Of a DNA stretch of 64,000 nucleotides, positions 1 through 39,745 are shown in pieces. A program made the position numbers and the translations under genes. Under the pieces are notes generated by a model. That model worked only from the letters and a program-made list of their open reading frames with translations. It was not told where the DNA came from and searched no databases. Where the stretch lies: assembly GCF_009914755.1 (NCBI RefSeq), contig NC_060939.1. One strand, written 5' to 3'. This DNA is from the human T2T-CHM13v2.0 reference genome, Homo sapiens. Each line of letters starts with the position of its first letter. Position 1 is the stretch's first letter.

Positions 1-305
1 AGGCAGACACTTCCCACCTGATCTGTGAACAGCAGGCTCGTGTGCGTTCACACTGAGGCAGCCAGTGGAAAGTCCTTCCGTACTTGGGTCCCTGAGAAAA
101 ATACTCTTTAGGAAATATTTTTAAATGCTTTTTATAATCAGAAACAAACATTGGTATTTGGCCACTGTAGAAATATTAAGATGTAAAGAAGAAAAAAAAT
201 CACTTGAACGCTCCCAGCCATTCAAGTGATTGAAAAACATGCTGCTGCTTGCAGCCTGTCTGCCAGCGGGACAATCTGCTGTTCTCTATAACTGATGGCC
301 GTGGT

Positions 306-27310
<27,005 letters not shown>

Positions 27311-29165
27311 AGGAAAGGCGGGGCTCCTTCCTCAAACATCGGACGGCGGAATGTGGCAGATGAAATGTGCTGGAGGAAAAAAATGACATTTCTGACCTTC
27401 CCGGGACACATTCTTCTGGAGGCTTTACATCTACTGGAGTTGAATGATTGCTGTTTTCCTCTCACTCTCCTGTTTATTCACCAGACTGGGGATGCCTATA
27501 GGTTGTCTGTGAAATCGCAGTCCTGCCTGGGGAGGGAGCTGTTGGCCATTTCTGTGTTTCCCTTTAAACCAGATCCTGGAGACAGTGAGATACTCAGGGC
27601 GTTGTTAACAGGGAGTGGTATTTGAAGTGTCCAGCAGTTGCTTGAAATGCTTTGCCGAATCTGACTCCAGTAAGAATGTGGGAAAACCCCCTGTGTGTTC
27701 TGCAAGCAGGGCTCTTGCACCAGCGGTCTCCTCAGGGTGGACCTGCTTACAGAGCAAGCCACGCCTCTTTCCGAGGTGAAGGTGGGACCATTCCTTGGGA
27801 AAGGATTCACAGTAAGGTTTTTTGGTTTTTGTTTTTTGTTTTTTTGTTTTTAAAAAAAGGATTTCACAGTGAGAAAGTTTTGGTTAGTGCATACCGTGGA
27901 AGGGCGCCAGGGTCTTTGTGGATTGCATGTTGACATTGACCGTGAGATTCGGCTTCAAACCAATACTGCCTTTGGAATATGACAGAATCAATAGCCCAGA
28001 GAGCTTAGTCAAAGACGATATCACGGTCTACCTTAACCAAGGCACTTTCTTAAGCAGAAAATATTGTTGAGGTTACCTTTGCTGCTAAAGATCCAATCTT
28101 CTAACGCCACAACAGCATAGCAAATCCTAGGATAATTCACCTCCTCATTTGACAAATCAGAGCTGTAATTCACTTTAACAAATTACGCATTTCTATCACG
28201 TTCACTAACAGCTTATGATAAGTCTGTGTAGTCTTCCTTTTCTCCAGTTCTGTTACCCAATTTAGATTAGTAAAGCGTACACAACTGGAAAGACTGCTGT
28301 AATAACACAGCCTTGTTATTTTTAAGTCCTATTTTGATATTAATTTCTGATTAGTTAGTAAATAACACCTGGATTCTATGGAGGACCTCGGTCTTCATCC
28401 AAGTGGCCTGAGTATTTCACTGGCAGGTTGTGAATTTTTCTTTTCCTCTTTGGGGATCCAAATGATGATGTGCAATTTCATGTTTTAACTTGGGAAACTG
28501 AAAGTGTTCCCATATAGCTTCAAAAACAAAAACAAATGTGTTATCCGACGGATACTTTTATGGTTACTAACTAGTACTTTCCTAATTGGGAAAGTAGTGC
28601 TTAAGTTTGCAAATTAAGTTGGGGAGGGCAATAATAAAATGAGGGCCCATAACAGAACCAGTGTGTGTATAACGAAAACCATGTATAAAATGGGCCTATC
28701 ACCCTTGTCAGAGATATAAATTACCACATTTGCCTTCCCTTCATCAGCTAACACTTATCACTTATACTACCAATAACTTGTTAAATCAGGATTTGGCTTC
28801 ATACACTGAATTTTCAGTATTTTATCTCAAGTAGATATAGACACTAACCTTGATAGTGATACGTTAGAGGGTTCCTATTCTTCCATTGTACGATAATGTC
28901 TTTAATATGAAATGCTACATTATTTATAATTGGTAGAGTTATTGTATCTTTTTATAGTTGTAAGTACACAGAGGTGGTATATTTAAACTTCTGTAATATA
29001 CTGTATTTAGAAATGGAAATATATATAGTGTTAGGTTTCACTTCTTTTAAGGTTTACCCCTGTGGTGTGGTTTAAAAATCTATAGGCCTGGGAATTCCGA
29101 TCCTAGCTGCAGATTGCATCCCACAATGCGAGAATGATAAAATAAAATTGGATATTTGAGAAACA
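27311..29165 (+). other. ALDH1A3: ALDH1A3 3'UTR
   Basis: Repeat-free, increasingly AT-rich sequence after the stop, ending about 20 nt past AATAAA at 29141; the 3' end is approximate. Confidence 0.85.
29141..29146 (+). terminator. Polyadenylation signal of ALDH1A3
   Basis: AATAAA followed about 20 nt later by a GU/U-rich element (ttgtgctttttc); another AATAAA at 28633-28638 could be a proximal site. Confidence 0.8.
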
Positions 29166-30599
29166 TTGTGCTTTTTCATTTAAAGACCAAAGTCATTTGA
29201 ATTCGATGGCAGGCCTTTCTCTTTCTGAGACCTGTACGAAATGGCTGATATTAAAGCAGGATCAATAATGTAAGCATAAAATTACATTTGCTCAGTCAGT
29301 CGGGCCCAGTGCTTTGCCTGAGTGTGAAACCCATTTCTGTGGGCTTGGGGGTTGACCAGGCAAGGAGCTGGGCCTCAGAGGTTCCATGTCATAGCTGGCT
29401 GAGTTTCAGCTGTTATCTAAGCTGCCTGAGTCTCCTTTTATCATAAAGTAGTGATGGTGTCAGTGTGCGAAATGGTGGGGAGGACTGCATGAGGATTGAC
29501 GGACAGCATTGTGCCCCTGACGGTGAGCACAAGTGTCTGTTTTTGTCACCTTTTCCTCTAGAGAAATCTAGAGGATCTAGAGAAAGGATCAATTTGGGTT
29601 TTACTGACCTCAAGTTTCTAAAGCTTCTAACCAAGAAGCCTCAATCACCCCGTTGTGAGCTGACGCTGCCATTGGCTCAAGATCATTGCTGGTACTGGGG
29701 TATGTCCTCCAAGCTCATCCCTTGCATTTGATGTGGAAAGCCCAGATCATTTTGACATGGGTGGCAAAGCACCACCACTTTAACAAAAAAGGGAGGCTGG
29801 GATCAGATCTCTCGTAACATATGCACTTATGTTAAGAGAATTTAGACACATTATTTAGAGACATCCCATTTCTCAATCCAAATGTGAGCAGGAAACTGTA
29901 GGAGAAGGATATTTTCCCTCATTTGGTGTCCCGGAACATGACTCCCTGAAGGGAGCCATTCTGGGGACAATTGGAGGGTGTGGTATGCGTGTGCACACAT
30001 GCATTTGTGTGCCTGGTGTGCGTGTGGGGGTTGGCACCTCTCTAGAAGTGGACCCTTTGGGATGTCCTAGCTTCTCCTGCTGGTGGATGAAGCCTTTCTA
30101 ATGGCTTTGCTCCTTGCTCCTAGGCATGAGCTTGAAGGGGGATAATGAAGGGCGTTTAGGAAGTTGCTCAAGGAAGACTGTCTGAGGAAACTGCGTACTG
30201 GGCTGAAGAAAGACAACCGGAAAACACTGAAGGAGCGCTCAGCCACTGCACCTTCAAAAAGGCAGAAAAGTCAGTTCAGGGAGGTGCCTCCCAGCTACCC
30301 CACCCGCCTCAGGAGGGGTCATTCCAACCTAGGGTGCTGAGAATCCGGGTGGGATTACCAGCAAAAGCTAGAGAACCATGGGTCAGCGACCCTTAGGAAG
30401 AAGTGGAAAGGAGTCTTAACTTACCTGCAATAACCTTCCTATGCGAAGCTGTGGCTAACGCATGCCTAATGGCTAGAATTAAATGCTGGGAATATAACGA
30501 GCTCAGCACAGGTTATCCGCGTGTCAGATGTTCCTGCTGTCTTCTACAGTGGGGACATTTCCTAGCCTATTCCCAGGCTCCTTTAGAAGGGAAGTGGAG

Positions 30600-31220
30600 G
30601 TGCCCCATCTTCACCTGCCGCGTCCCCTCCAGCGTCTGCCCGGGCCCTGGGCCTGCGCTCCCTCGCGGTGGCGCCAGGTGGCGGGGCTGCGCGCCCTGGA
30701 GGAGCTGCACCGCCGTCGCGGGGCTCTCTCAGCACTGAGGACACCACGCCCTGCAAATTGCTGGGAACTTGTCGGTGGCAATCACACTGCTGGCTCCTGC
30801 AAACTGGTGTGAGGCCCTCAGGGGTGAGAACAGGATTGCAGAACTGCGCTCACCCTTTTGGAAAGTCGTCCAGTGGCAGAAGTAGCCTCCCAGGAGCAGA
30901 GCGAAGCTGCTCGGTGGTCCCCTCTCCAACCAGGGACCCAAGAAGCCGCTCAAGGGAACACGGCCCCGCGGCGTCCGGGAGGTCCTGCAGGAGCCCTGCG
31001 GCTGCCCGGGTTCTGTGAAATGGCAGTGAGGGTGGGGGAGATGTGCGCTAAATCCTGGGAACGTGCGAGTCATAACTTTCCAGGAGAGGGGCCCAGGGCG
31101 CTGGTCCTGCAGGGCGTGGAACCCTCTGCTCTTCCTGAGCAGGCTTTGTCCCCGGGTCGACACGGGGAGCTCAGCGTGAGGCCCGCCTGCAGCGTGGACG
31201 CAGATCTTTTTTATGGTCTG
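30600..31220. promoter_or_regulatory. Small CpG-rich segment between the ALDH1A3 3' end and the LRRK1 promoter
   Basis: Abrupt rise in GC and CpG density (cctcgcggtggcgcc..., cggccccgcggcgtcc); contains a CTCF-like motif at 30671-30684. Confidence 0.6.
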
Positions 31221-31489
31221 CGTTTCTGTATTAGCCTCAGCAGCCTGGTGACGCCTTTATAAAAGGTCGAAACACGATAAATTGCCAATATTCCACGTTT
31301 TATGTATTCCCCCCAAAGCCGACAATTAACAATGACTCACCGAGCAGCAGATTCTTTGCACACATCCATAATTGAATCAGTAAAATCCATGTGTTGGAGG
31401 ATATGCAAATTGCAGGTCGTTAACGCTTTAGAACGACACATTTCTGTATCGCCCCGTGAAGAGCTCTACGCACATGAATGTTCCCCGTC

Positions 31490-32720
31490 TGTTTAACTGT
31501 TACGGCCGCAGTGTGTGGGCCGCAGGCGCGCTGGGGGCTCATCTGCTGATTTTGCTGCCCCTGGAGCAGAGGGATAGCGAAAGCGGGGCTGAGCGCAGCA
31601 CGGACCGATCCCATCGCCGCGCTCGCCCCGCGTGGAGGCAGCCGGGTGCCCGAACCTGAAGGAGGACCCGGTGCCGGAAGGGCCCGCGGACCCCGGCGTC
31701 TCCCGGGGCATCGAGCGCCATCGCCCGCGTTTTACGGCCAGGGAAACTGAGGCGGCCGCCGAGGGGACGCCTCGCGACGGTTCCTGGGAGAGCTGGCGGC
31801 GGCCTTGCTCTGCGCGCTCTTCGCGCCGCCCTCCCCGCCCGCCCGCCTCAGGATTGAGGAAGTGCGTCTGGGCCCGGCCCCGGCGCGGGGGGCAGACGGC
31901 GGTGGGACGGCCAGGCCCCGGCCCCGCCAGTGTGTCCGCCCGGCCCCGCGTCCCGGAGCGCCCGCACCCGGCCCCGCCGCCGCCTCAGGTAAGCGCCGCT
32001 CCTGCCGGCGCCCCCCGGCGGCCTGGCTGCCTCCCGGCCCCGCCCGGGGAACCCAGAGCCCGCGCCCGGCGCCCGCGGGGAGCCTCGGCCTCTGCCTGCC
32101 CGCGGGCCCCTGCGCTCCGGGCGGCCGCGTGGTCGGGCACGGGGGGCCGTTGCGCAGGGGCCGCGGCCCGAGGGGCGCGGAGGGCGTGTGGGGCGACCCC
32201 GGTCTCACGTCCCCGCTGCCTCCCGCCGCGCCCGGAGCCCAGCCAGCCTGTGGGAGGGGAGCGCGCGGGGCCCGAGCAGGGAACCCCGAAACCCCGTCCG
32301 GGCAGGGTCGGGAAAGCTGGGAAGCGGAGGCAAGAGACACGAGTCGGGAGACACGAGCCGGGGAGCCCATAGGTTTCCTCTGCCTTTGGAGCGAACCCAG
32401 TCCCTTAGCGGGGAGCGGGCGGAGTGTGAGCGCGCGGGTGAGCCCGTGCCGGGGTGTCGGCAAGAGACCGCCCGGGAGCCTCTCGCTGGTCCGGGGCTTC
32501 CTGGGGTTGCGGGGCGGCCCAGCGAGGCTTCACCCTCCTCGATGTCTGGGTCACGCTTCTTGCCCAGGTGGTCTCTGGCTGGCGCAGATACAACTGCTCT
32601 GTCTACCATGGTCTCTGCAAGCTACAGGGGACCTTCCTGGCAGGCAGGGACGCGGGAAGGAAGCCTAGGAAGGCCGGGGTCAGCGAGGAGACGCTGGTGG
32701 AGAATCTGAGAACCCCCGTG
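31490..32720 (+). promoter_or_regulatory. LRRK1: CpG island / TATA-less promoter of LRRK1
   Basis: Very high GC and CpG content with multiple GC boxes (CCCCGCCC); spans the exon-1 donor. Confidence 0.9.
31890..31988 (+). other. LRRK1: LRRK1 non-coding exon 1 (start approximate)
   Basis: Strong donor CAG|gtaagc at 31988/31989 inside the CpG island upstream of the LRRK1 coding exon; the TSS cannot be fixed from sequence alone. Confidence 0.75.
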
Positions 32721-34255
32721 GCCATCTCAACCTACCCCTTCACAGTATGAGGCCGCGAAGTTTTTCTCCCACGAACACTTCCCCTGCAACAGGTAGAGAA
32801 ACGGGGGCATATAGCTTTCAGCAAACCTCTCACCGTGTACACTAATGATAGAGTTTGCCAGCCACTCACAGGGTATCAAAATGCCCAGACATTAAAGGGA
32901 TAGCTAGAACATGCACAATTTTGGAAAATGTTAACATTAAACGCCTTTTATGATTTGATTCTCTTCATCTTTGCCTATGTCCTGAAAGAGAAAATAATAT
33001 AACAAACTAACCTCACACCTAATTTGTTCCTAAAGGAGGTTTTGCGGTCAGCCAAACCTTTCCCTCTCCCAAAAGTCGATGTCTCTGGCAGTGACCTCGC
33101 AGTCAACTCGGATCCTCAGATAAAAAACATTCAGTCTGTTGAATCTATGTCTAAAATGTGTCCTGATCTGTCCCCTTTTTCTTATGCCCCCACCCCCCAC
33201 CCTGCCCCTTGTCCAGGGTACCAGCATCTCTTTACTGTAGGATTTCAGTTCCCCCTTCCTCCATTCTCTATATAGCAGCGTGCGTCTGTGTGTGTCTGTG
33301 TGTTTAAATGGGTAAATCAGACCATATCAGTCCTCTTTATGGAGTCCTTCAGTAGCTTCTCCTTGCAACTGGCACGCAATCCAGGAGACCTCCTTCTCCT
33401 CACACCCCCAGCTGATCCAGCCTCTGCTGTCTCGGACCACCAGGCCATTGCCCCAGGCCACACTGGCTGAGCTTGCTGTCCAGCACTGGTCCCCTGCACT
33501 GCTGCCTCCTGACTCTTCACACAGCCTCAGAAAGTCTTCCCTGGTCACCCTCTGAAAACCCACGCTCCCTCTCACATCCCTCACTCTGCAGCCTCCCTGC
33601 AGTCCCCATTCTGTACTCCTTCTTTATCTGTTTAATTTCTCCTTAATTATCTTGTGGTCTCCACTGGAGCTCTTGGGGTCAGAGACTGATCTGTCTTGCT
33701 TATTGCTGTGCCCTCATTCCCATAACTGTACAGGGAGATACCCCGTGCATGGTGGTAGAGTGACTGGATGGGGAATGGACAACCCTAACTTACCTGTGGT
33801 TTCAGACTCATGGAGCATTTCTCTCCTCCACCCTTTTTGGGCTCATCTGGGATTGAGAACAACATATTTCTCTGGCCTGCAGCTCCAAGATATTTGGATG
33901 CCCCCAAACCCATTAAACACATTTTATAGGCAAAAGCCAATGCTAGTAAGGGATGCAAATAGCACTCAAGAGATTTCTAGAATCATGGGCTAACCATTTT
34001 GACCAGGATTTTGTTTCAAAAAGGAACTAGGTGATATGAATGAGCATGTCTAGCATGCTTTGCTTGCAAGGGACTTCTAACTTCTAACTGATATCGACAG
34101 TCCTTCCCAAGCCTCCTAAAATATCTGGGCTTCTCTGCTGTCAGAAGCTTTATAGCAATTACTTAGCTGTCTGCTCCCCCACCAGCTTCACAAACTCATG
34201 AAGTTCCCTCTTCATAGAAAGAACTCAATAAGACATTTGTAGAATGAATGACAGG

Positions 34256-34550
34256 TTCTTCTCTTTTCTTTTCTCTAGAGTCTTGCTCTGTCACCCAGGT
34301 TGGAGTGCAGTGGTGCAATCTTGGCTCACTGCAACCTCCACCTCCCCCAGTTTAAGTGATTCTCATGCCTCGGCCTCCCAAGTAGCTGGGATTACAGGCG
34401 CCCACCAGCATGCCCAGCTAATTTTTGTAATTTTAGTAGAGATGGGTTTTTACCATATTGGCCAGGGTGATCTCGAACTCCTGACCTCAAGTGATCCACT
34501 CTCCTCGGCCTCCCAAAGAGCTGGGATTACAAGCGTGAACCACCGCACCC
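34256..34550 (-). mobile_element. Alu (AluS-like)
   Basis: agagtcttgctctgtcacccagg...gctgggattacaagcgtgaaccaccgcaccc. Confidence 0.93.
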
Positions 34551-36269
34551 ATCTATTTTCTTTTCCATTAAATGTTTAGGTTTATTCATTAATGCAGGTA
34601 TAAATAGTTGGCAAAAGGAAATTGATGAGGTTTTGAAAAATCATTTAAACCATCATTACTGCTGAAAACCTCTTGATGCCCTCTTTAGGGTGTATAATGA
34701 AGACATGTAACTTGTAATCATCACTTGTTGGCACCTCTCTGGACCCAAAAGAAGCAGGAGGAAGCAAAGATCCGTTTGAGGGCAAAGATTGAGCAAAATT
34801 TGAATTACCTCATCTTAAAACTTCTACCTTAGAATATAAGCCAAAATAGTAACTAGAATTTTAAAACTGCTCCAGGGGCAGAGTCTTCCACTGGTAAAGT
34901 GATTTTCAAAAGGAAACTGAAAATGAAAAGGGGAACAAAATGTGCTGGGTGAGGGTTAGCCTGAAATAATTTTAAGATTTTTTTTTTTTAGAACTTAAAA
35001 ACATTGTATGGTAAGACACTTCTGTTTTCAGGAAGAATGTCTAGCGTTTGGATTTTTGAAATGCTGTTGGTTATGTGCGGTAGCTGTTTTGGAGAGGTGT
35101 CTGAAAGCAGATGGCAACTGTGCTTCTCAGTTTCTGGATGTGAATGTGTGATCGGAACGTTTATTTTAAAACAGATTCTGTCTTGCTGGCTCTTCCTCTC
35201 TCTGTCACAAGTTGATTTTCCAAATCAGGTTTTGCTATTTATAAGGCTTTCATCATCCCCTAAATTTTGCCCAGATTGATCGTTTTTCCTTTCCTCCTTC
35301 GACTTTTCAGGCTTCCCAACTTCAAACACAGGTGTTTCCCACACGTGGTTTGTGTCGACCATCCCTTTTGCCTCTGAAACATGTGCAGCTTGCACAAGGC
35401 TGCTGGAGCCTGGCTTTTCTAGCTCCACCTTTCCCTGCCTTGACGAGTCCAGTCCACCTGGGCCAGGTGCCTGAGTTCTAGGCTTTTAGGTGAGAAATTC
35501 CCACAGCCTTGTCCTGTACCTTACTTCGTGCCCCTACTGCTCACGGCATCTTCTAGAACCTACCCGCTGGTGAGGCTGGCATCTGCCCTCCAGCATTGAT
35601 ATTCTGATCTTATTAATTAGCAGGGAAGTGGGAGACCCGCTGGCCTCCAAGTCTGTGCGCTGGTACTACAGGTAATGACCACCCCAGCCCTGTCGTAGAG
35701 AGAGGCTGCAGAAACTTCACTTTGGTTGAATTCACACAGTAACCCCACTAGCAGGCCCGGGCATAAGGGTGGATGTCTATTTTTAACAGGTGAAAACTGA
35801 GACACACATACCTTTCAGCTGGGAGTCACACTGCGAACATGTGACACAGGCAGTCCACACCTTTAACGTCCACGCTATGCTTTTGCCTGTACAGATTCTC
35901 TTAGGCATTATTTTTATATAACCTTGATTTAAAAAATATATTTTTGGCTGCACTATCACTCCCCATTTCAGAGTTGTCTATCTGAGAGAACACAGACAAG
36001 AGGTGCTAATTACCTCGTACTTCATCACATGTAGGATATGCTATAAGAACAAGGATAGGCGCACATGCATTACTTATGGTAGTACCTCATGTCAGGCCTG
36101 AGCTAGGCATGGGTCTTACCCTCCCTCTGGTCCTTCAATCACCATACCAGGATGGGCACTTATGCCCATGGGGGGACTCTAAGCTCAGTGGGGGCCCAGC
36201 ATAGAAGAGCAGCACTTGGTCTCAGTTTATCATAGTCATTAGTTTCAGAGATTAGTCTAACTCCACCCT

Positions 36270-36445
36270 GGAACTTTTGGGGCCAGATAATTCTTTGTTG
36301 CAAATAGCAGTCCTGTACATTGTAGGATGTTTAGCAGCATCATTGACCTCTACCCATTAGAGGCCTGTAGCACTCTCCCCCAGCCAAGTTGTGGCAACCA
36401 AAAATGTCTCCAGACATTGCCAAATGTCCCCTGGGAAAGGGGCAG
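36270..36445. mobile_element. MER20 (hAT-Charlie)
   Basis: ttttggggccagataattctttgttg...cattgtaggatgtttagcagcatc...accaaaaatgtctccagacattgccaaatgtcccctggg. Confidence 0.88.
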
Positions 36446-37046
36446 AATTTTTGAGGCTCATGTCTGCTAACCTCCGTCATTTAGCTTTCTGCTAAAGCTC
36501 ATGCTAACTTGACTTCATAACCAGTAATAATTCCATGTCTTTGGAACTGTTGCCTGACCACCCCCTTGGGATGACGTGCTCACCTCTGGCTTCCAGAAGA
36601 ACTGGCCCCGGGCAAAAGGAGAGCCTTGTATCGTGACTAACCTTAACTATGTCTGCCCTACCCCCACTGGAGTGTGCCCCTGAGGGCAAGAGCCTCCTTG
36701 AGCCATCTTGGTGCCACTGAGCCTCACACAGAGCCTGGCTACCTTGCATGTGACAGTAGGTGTGCGTTGACTGAACAATGATTGAAGCTGTTACCAGTAT
36801 GTGTTTTCCAATTGTCTGGGGTTTGTTTGAGACTCTTCTCAGGTAGACAATACCTGAGCCCCGCATCAAGATGGGATGGGGGGAGCTGTGCCTTCCCACT
36901 GACCACACCTGATGGGTTTGGCTGGATAGATGGACTACAAAAAGGAATGTTGCAGAGGGAAAACTAAATGAACCCATGCAAATATTTGCAGGGGAGGAGG
37001 ACAGGAATTATAAAGGCTTTCTGTTTTGATTGTTTTTCGCCACCAG

Positions 37047-37168
37047 AGCAAGAAAGCTTTCTGCTCAGCCATGGCTACGAGTCCACGCCTTAATGCACCC
37101 CACAGCCAGCGGCAGTGGCAGTGACAACAGCGGGACCTGCCTTTGAAGATCGGCTGCTGCAAGGGTTG
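37047..37168 (+). other. LRRK1: LRRK1 exon 2, 5'UTR part (122 nt)
   Basis: Acceptor ttgtttttcgccaccag|AG at 37046/37047. Confidence 0.85.
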
Positions 37169-37265
37169 ATGGCTGGCATGTCGCAAAGACCCCCCAGCAT
37201 GTACTGGTGTGTGGGGCCGGAGGAGTCAGCTGTGTGTCCAGAACGTGCCATGGAGACGCTTAACG
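37169..37265 (+). CDS. LRRK1: Leucine-rich repeat kinase 1, first coding exon (remainder lies beyond the window)
   Basis: Encodes [32 protein letters not shown](G), the human LRRK1 N-terminus; donor ACG|gtaagg, phase 1. Confidence 0.95.
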
Positions 37266-38199
37266 GTAAGGACAGGGCTGTGCTTATGCCTGCCTGGGTG
37301 TGACCTGCCATGCTCATCCTGCAGGGTGTCTAGGCTATGTAAGAACAAGGAGTTCTCAACCAGTGGAAATCAAATGTCCATCATTTGGTGCTCTTTCATC
37401 ATATAATATATCTTGGGACTCTTAAATTCTAAAAATTGAGGAACAGTGTACAAAATTTATTGTGGACTCACAGATCTTAACAATTGGGACATCACTTCAT
37501 GCTGGGTTAAAGAACTTTTAAGAAAAAGGATGTAGTTTTGTTTTTTCATTATAAAAATAATACATGTTTATTAAGGAAAAATTGAAAAAAATAATTTAAA
37601 AAAAAGGAAGAAGGGAAAGGAATCATCCAGAATCCCGCTATCTCAAACACAAGTACAATGAGCATCTTGGCATGTTCTCTCCTAGTCTCTGCTTCTCTGT
37701 GTTTAGGGGACTTTGTTTTAACCTTATTGTACTTACAAGGTGTATGTAATGTTGCATGTTGCTTTTTTCTCTTCACCGTCCATCAGTGACATTTGCTTAG
37801 GGCACCACCTGGCTCCCGCAATCAAGTGAAACATCATTTCATTTATTTTATTTTATTTTTTTACGATTTAATAATTGGATCAAAAAATGATTCATAAATT
37901 GGGCAGTACTCCGAACCAAAACAAACATCATTATCTGCGGGAGTGCTATGTGCAGTTATTGACCTAATCCTTATTCTCCTGTGGGACATTTGGGTTGCTT
38001 CTAGTTGTTTACTCCTACTGAGAGCATTTCCTTCCCATCTCTTCATACCTGGTTTCAAGGTTATTTCTGTAATGCAGGTTTACAGAAGTTGAATGATTGG
38101 TCTTGAACATCGTTAAGCTCTTGGCACGTATTTTGCCAGATTTTCCGCTACACTTGCACCACCTTTAAGACCAATAGGATATCATCGTTTACAAATATT

Positions 38200-38440
38200 T
38201 GTCAATCCCTTAGTATGTACCAGGCACTACATGTACAAAGTTCAGAACTTTACGAAATAATGTCATAAAATCCTCACGACAACCTGGCACATGGTACTTT
38301 TATTTCCGTTTTATAGCTGAGGAACATGAGGGTAAGAGAAGCCTGGAAACGTGTTCAAGGTCAACAACTCAGAAATCACAGAATTGCCATCTGAACCCTG
38401 TCTTAATGCTGCAACACTCATTCTTAAATGCTAGGCCACA
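38200..38440 (-). mobile_element. MIR
   Basis: aatcctcacgacaacc...ttttatagctgaggaacatgagg...gttcaaggtca. Confidence 0.65.
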
Positions 38441-39152
38441 CTATGGGAGGTGAAAGGGTCAACAGGTTGGGTCTGAGAGGCCCACGTTTGTACCCTTAAC
38501 CGTGTTAACTAACGATCGGCCACTGTACCTGGCTTGGCAGACACTTTGTTCAGTTGTTTGAGTGTTTTCACTCCATCTGAAATGTCCAGCAGCTGACCAG
38601 GGTGATGTTTCTGGAAGGTGTCGTTTCACATCCATCACATTATGAAATGGGAAACGAATTTGCTTCTTGACATTGCCCAGCACTAAATCTTTCCAGAGTG
38701 TTCAACTTGCATCTTTGTAAATTTTCTTTTTCTTTGTATTAGACGTGTGTCTTTTTTCAGTTGTGTGGTAGGAAGACCTTGCTCTGTTGGTGTGAGATCG
38801 AGGTGGCGTGGGTGATAGAACGCAGTCCCCGATTTGGGGGTAGCACCTCCACCTTTCCAGTGCACGTGAGGCTCCCTTATCCTCCTGCTGCTCCTCTTCG
38901 CAGCCCTGAGGGACGAGGGTGGGGACAGGGACCTTGGGTCTGTTTGGGGCCTGTAGGGTAGGTGACTGTGTCATCTGAAAAAGCCCACAGGAGGCGCTGC
39001 TCCCTCCCCTCCTGGTCAACAGTTGGTGATCTAAAGGAGTGCTTCTCAACCACGGCCCACACAGTCACTGGGTAGTGGCTCAAACCGGCAGGGCCCTGGC
39101 ACCACCTGGACCCACTGGAGCAGCATCTTGGGGCAGGGGGGGCGGGGAGTGA

Positions 39153-39520
<368 letters not shown>

Positions 39521-39524
39521 AGCA

Positions 39525-39745
39525 TGGCTAATTTTTCAAAGTTCCCTAGTGATTCTAACGTGTAGCTAAAGTTGAGAATCAGGCCATCTAAATGGTTTGA
39601 GTCCCATAGAGCAGCACTTCTCAAATTATCAGGTGCACATGTCCCCTGGGGATCCTGATGAAATGCAGAATCTCATTCAGGAGGCCTGGGGCACAGACAG
39701 CCTGCGTTTCTAGGTCCCCAGGGATCCCCCATTGATTCTTACAGG
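39525..39745. mobile_element. MER5A/MER5B fragments
   Basis: gtgattctaacgtgtagctaaagttgagaatc; cacttctcaaattat...cctggggatcctgatgaaatgcagaatctc. Confidence 0.65.

Noticed and set aside
31632-32709. ORFs of 246, 243, 287 and 173 aa rich in Pro/Arg/Gly/Ala
   Set aside because: Stop-codon depletion in the CpG island; they overlap in several frames and cross the exon-1 donor
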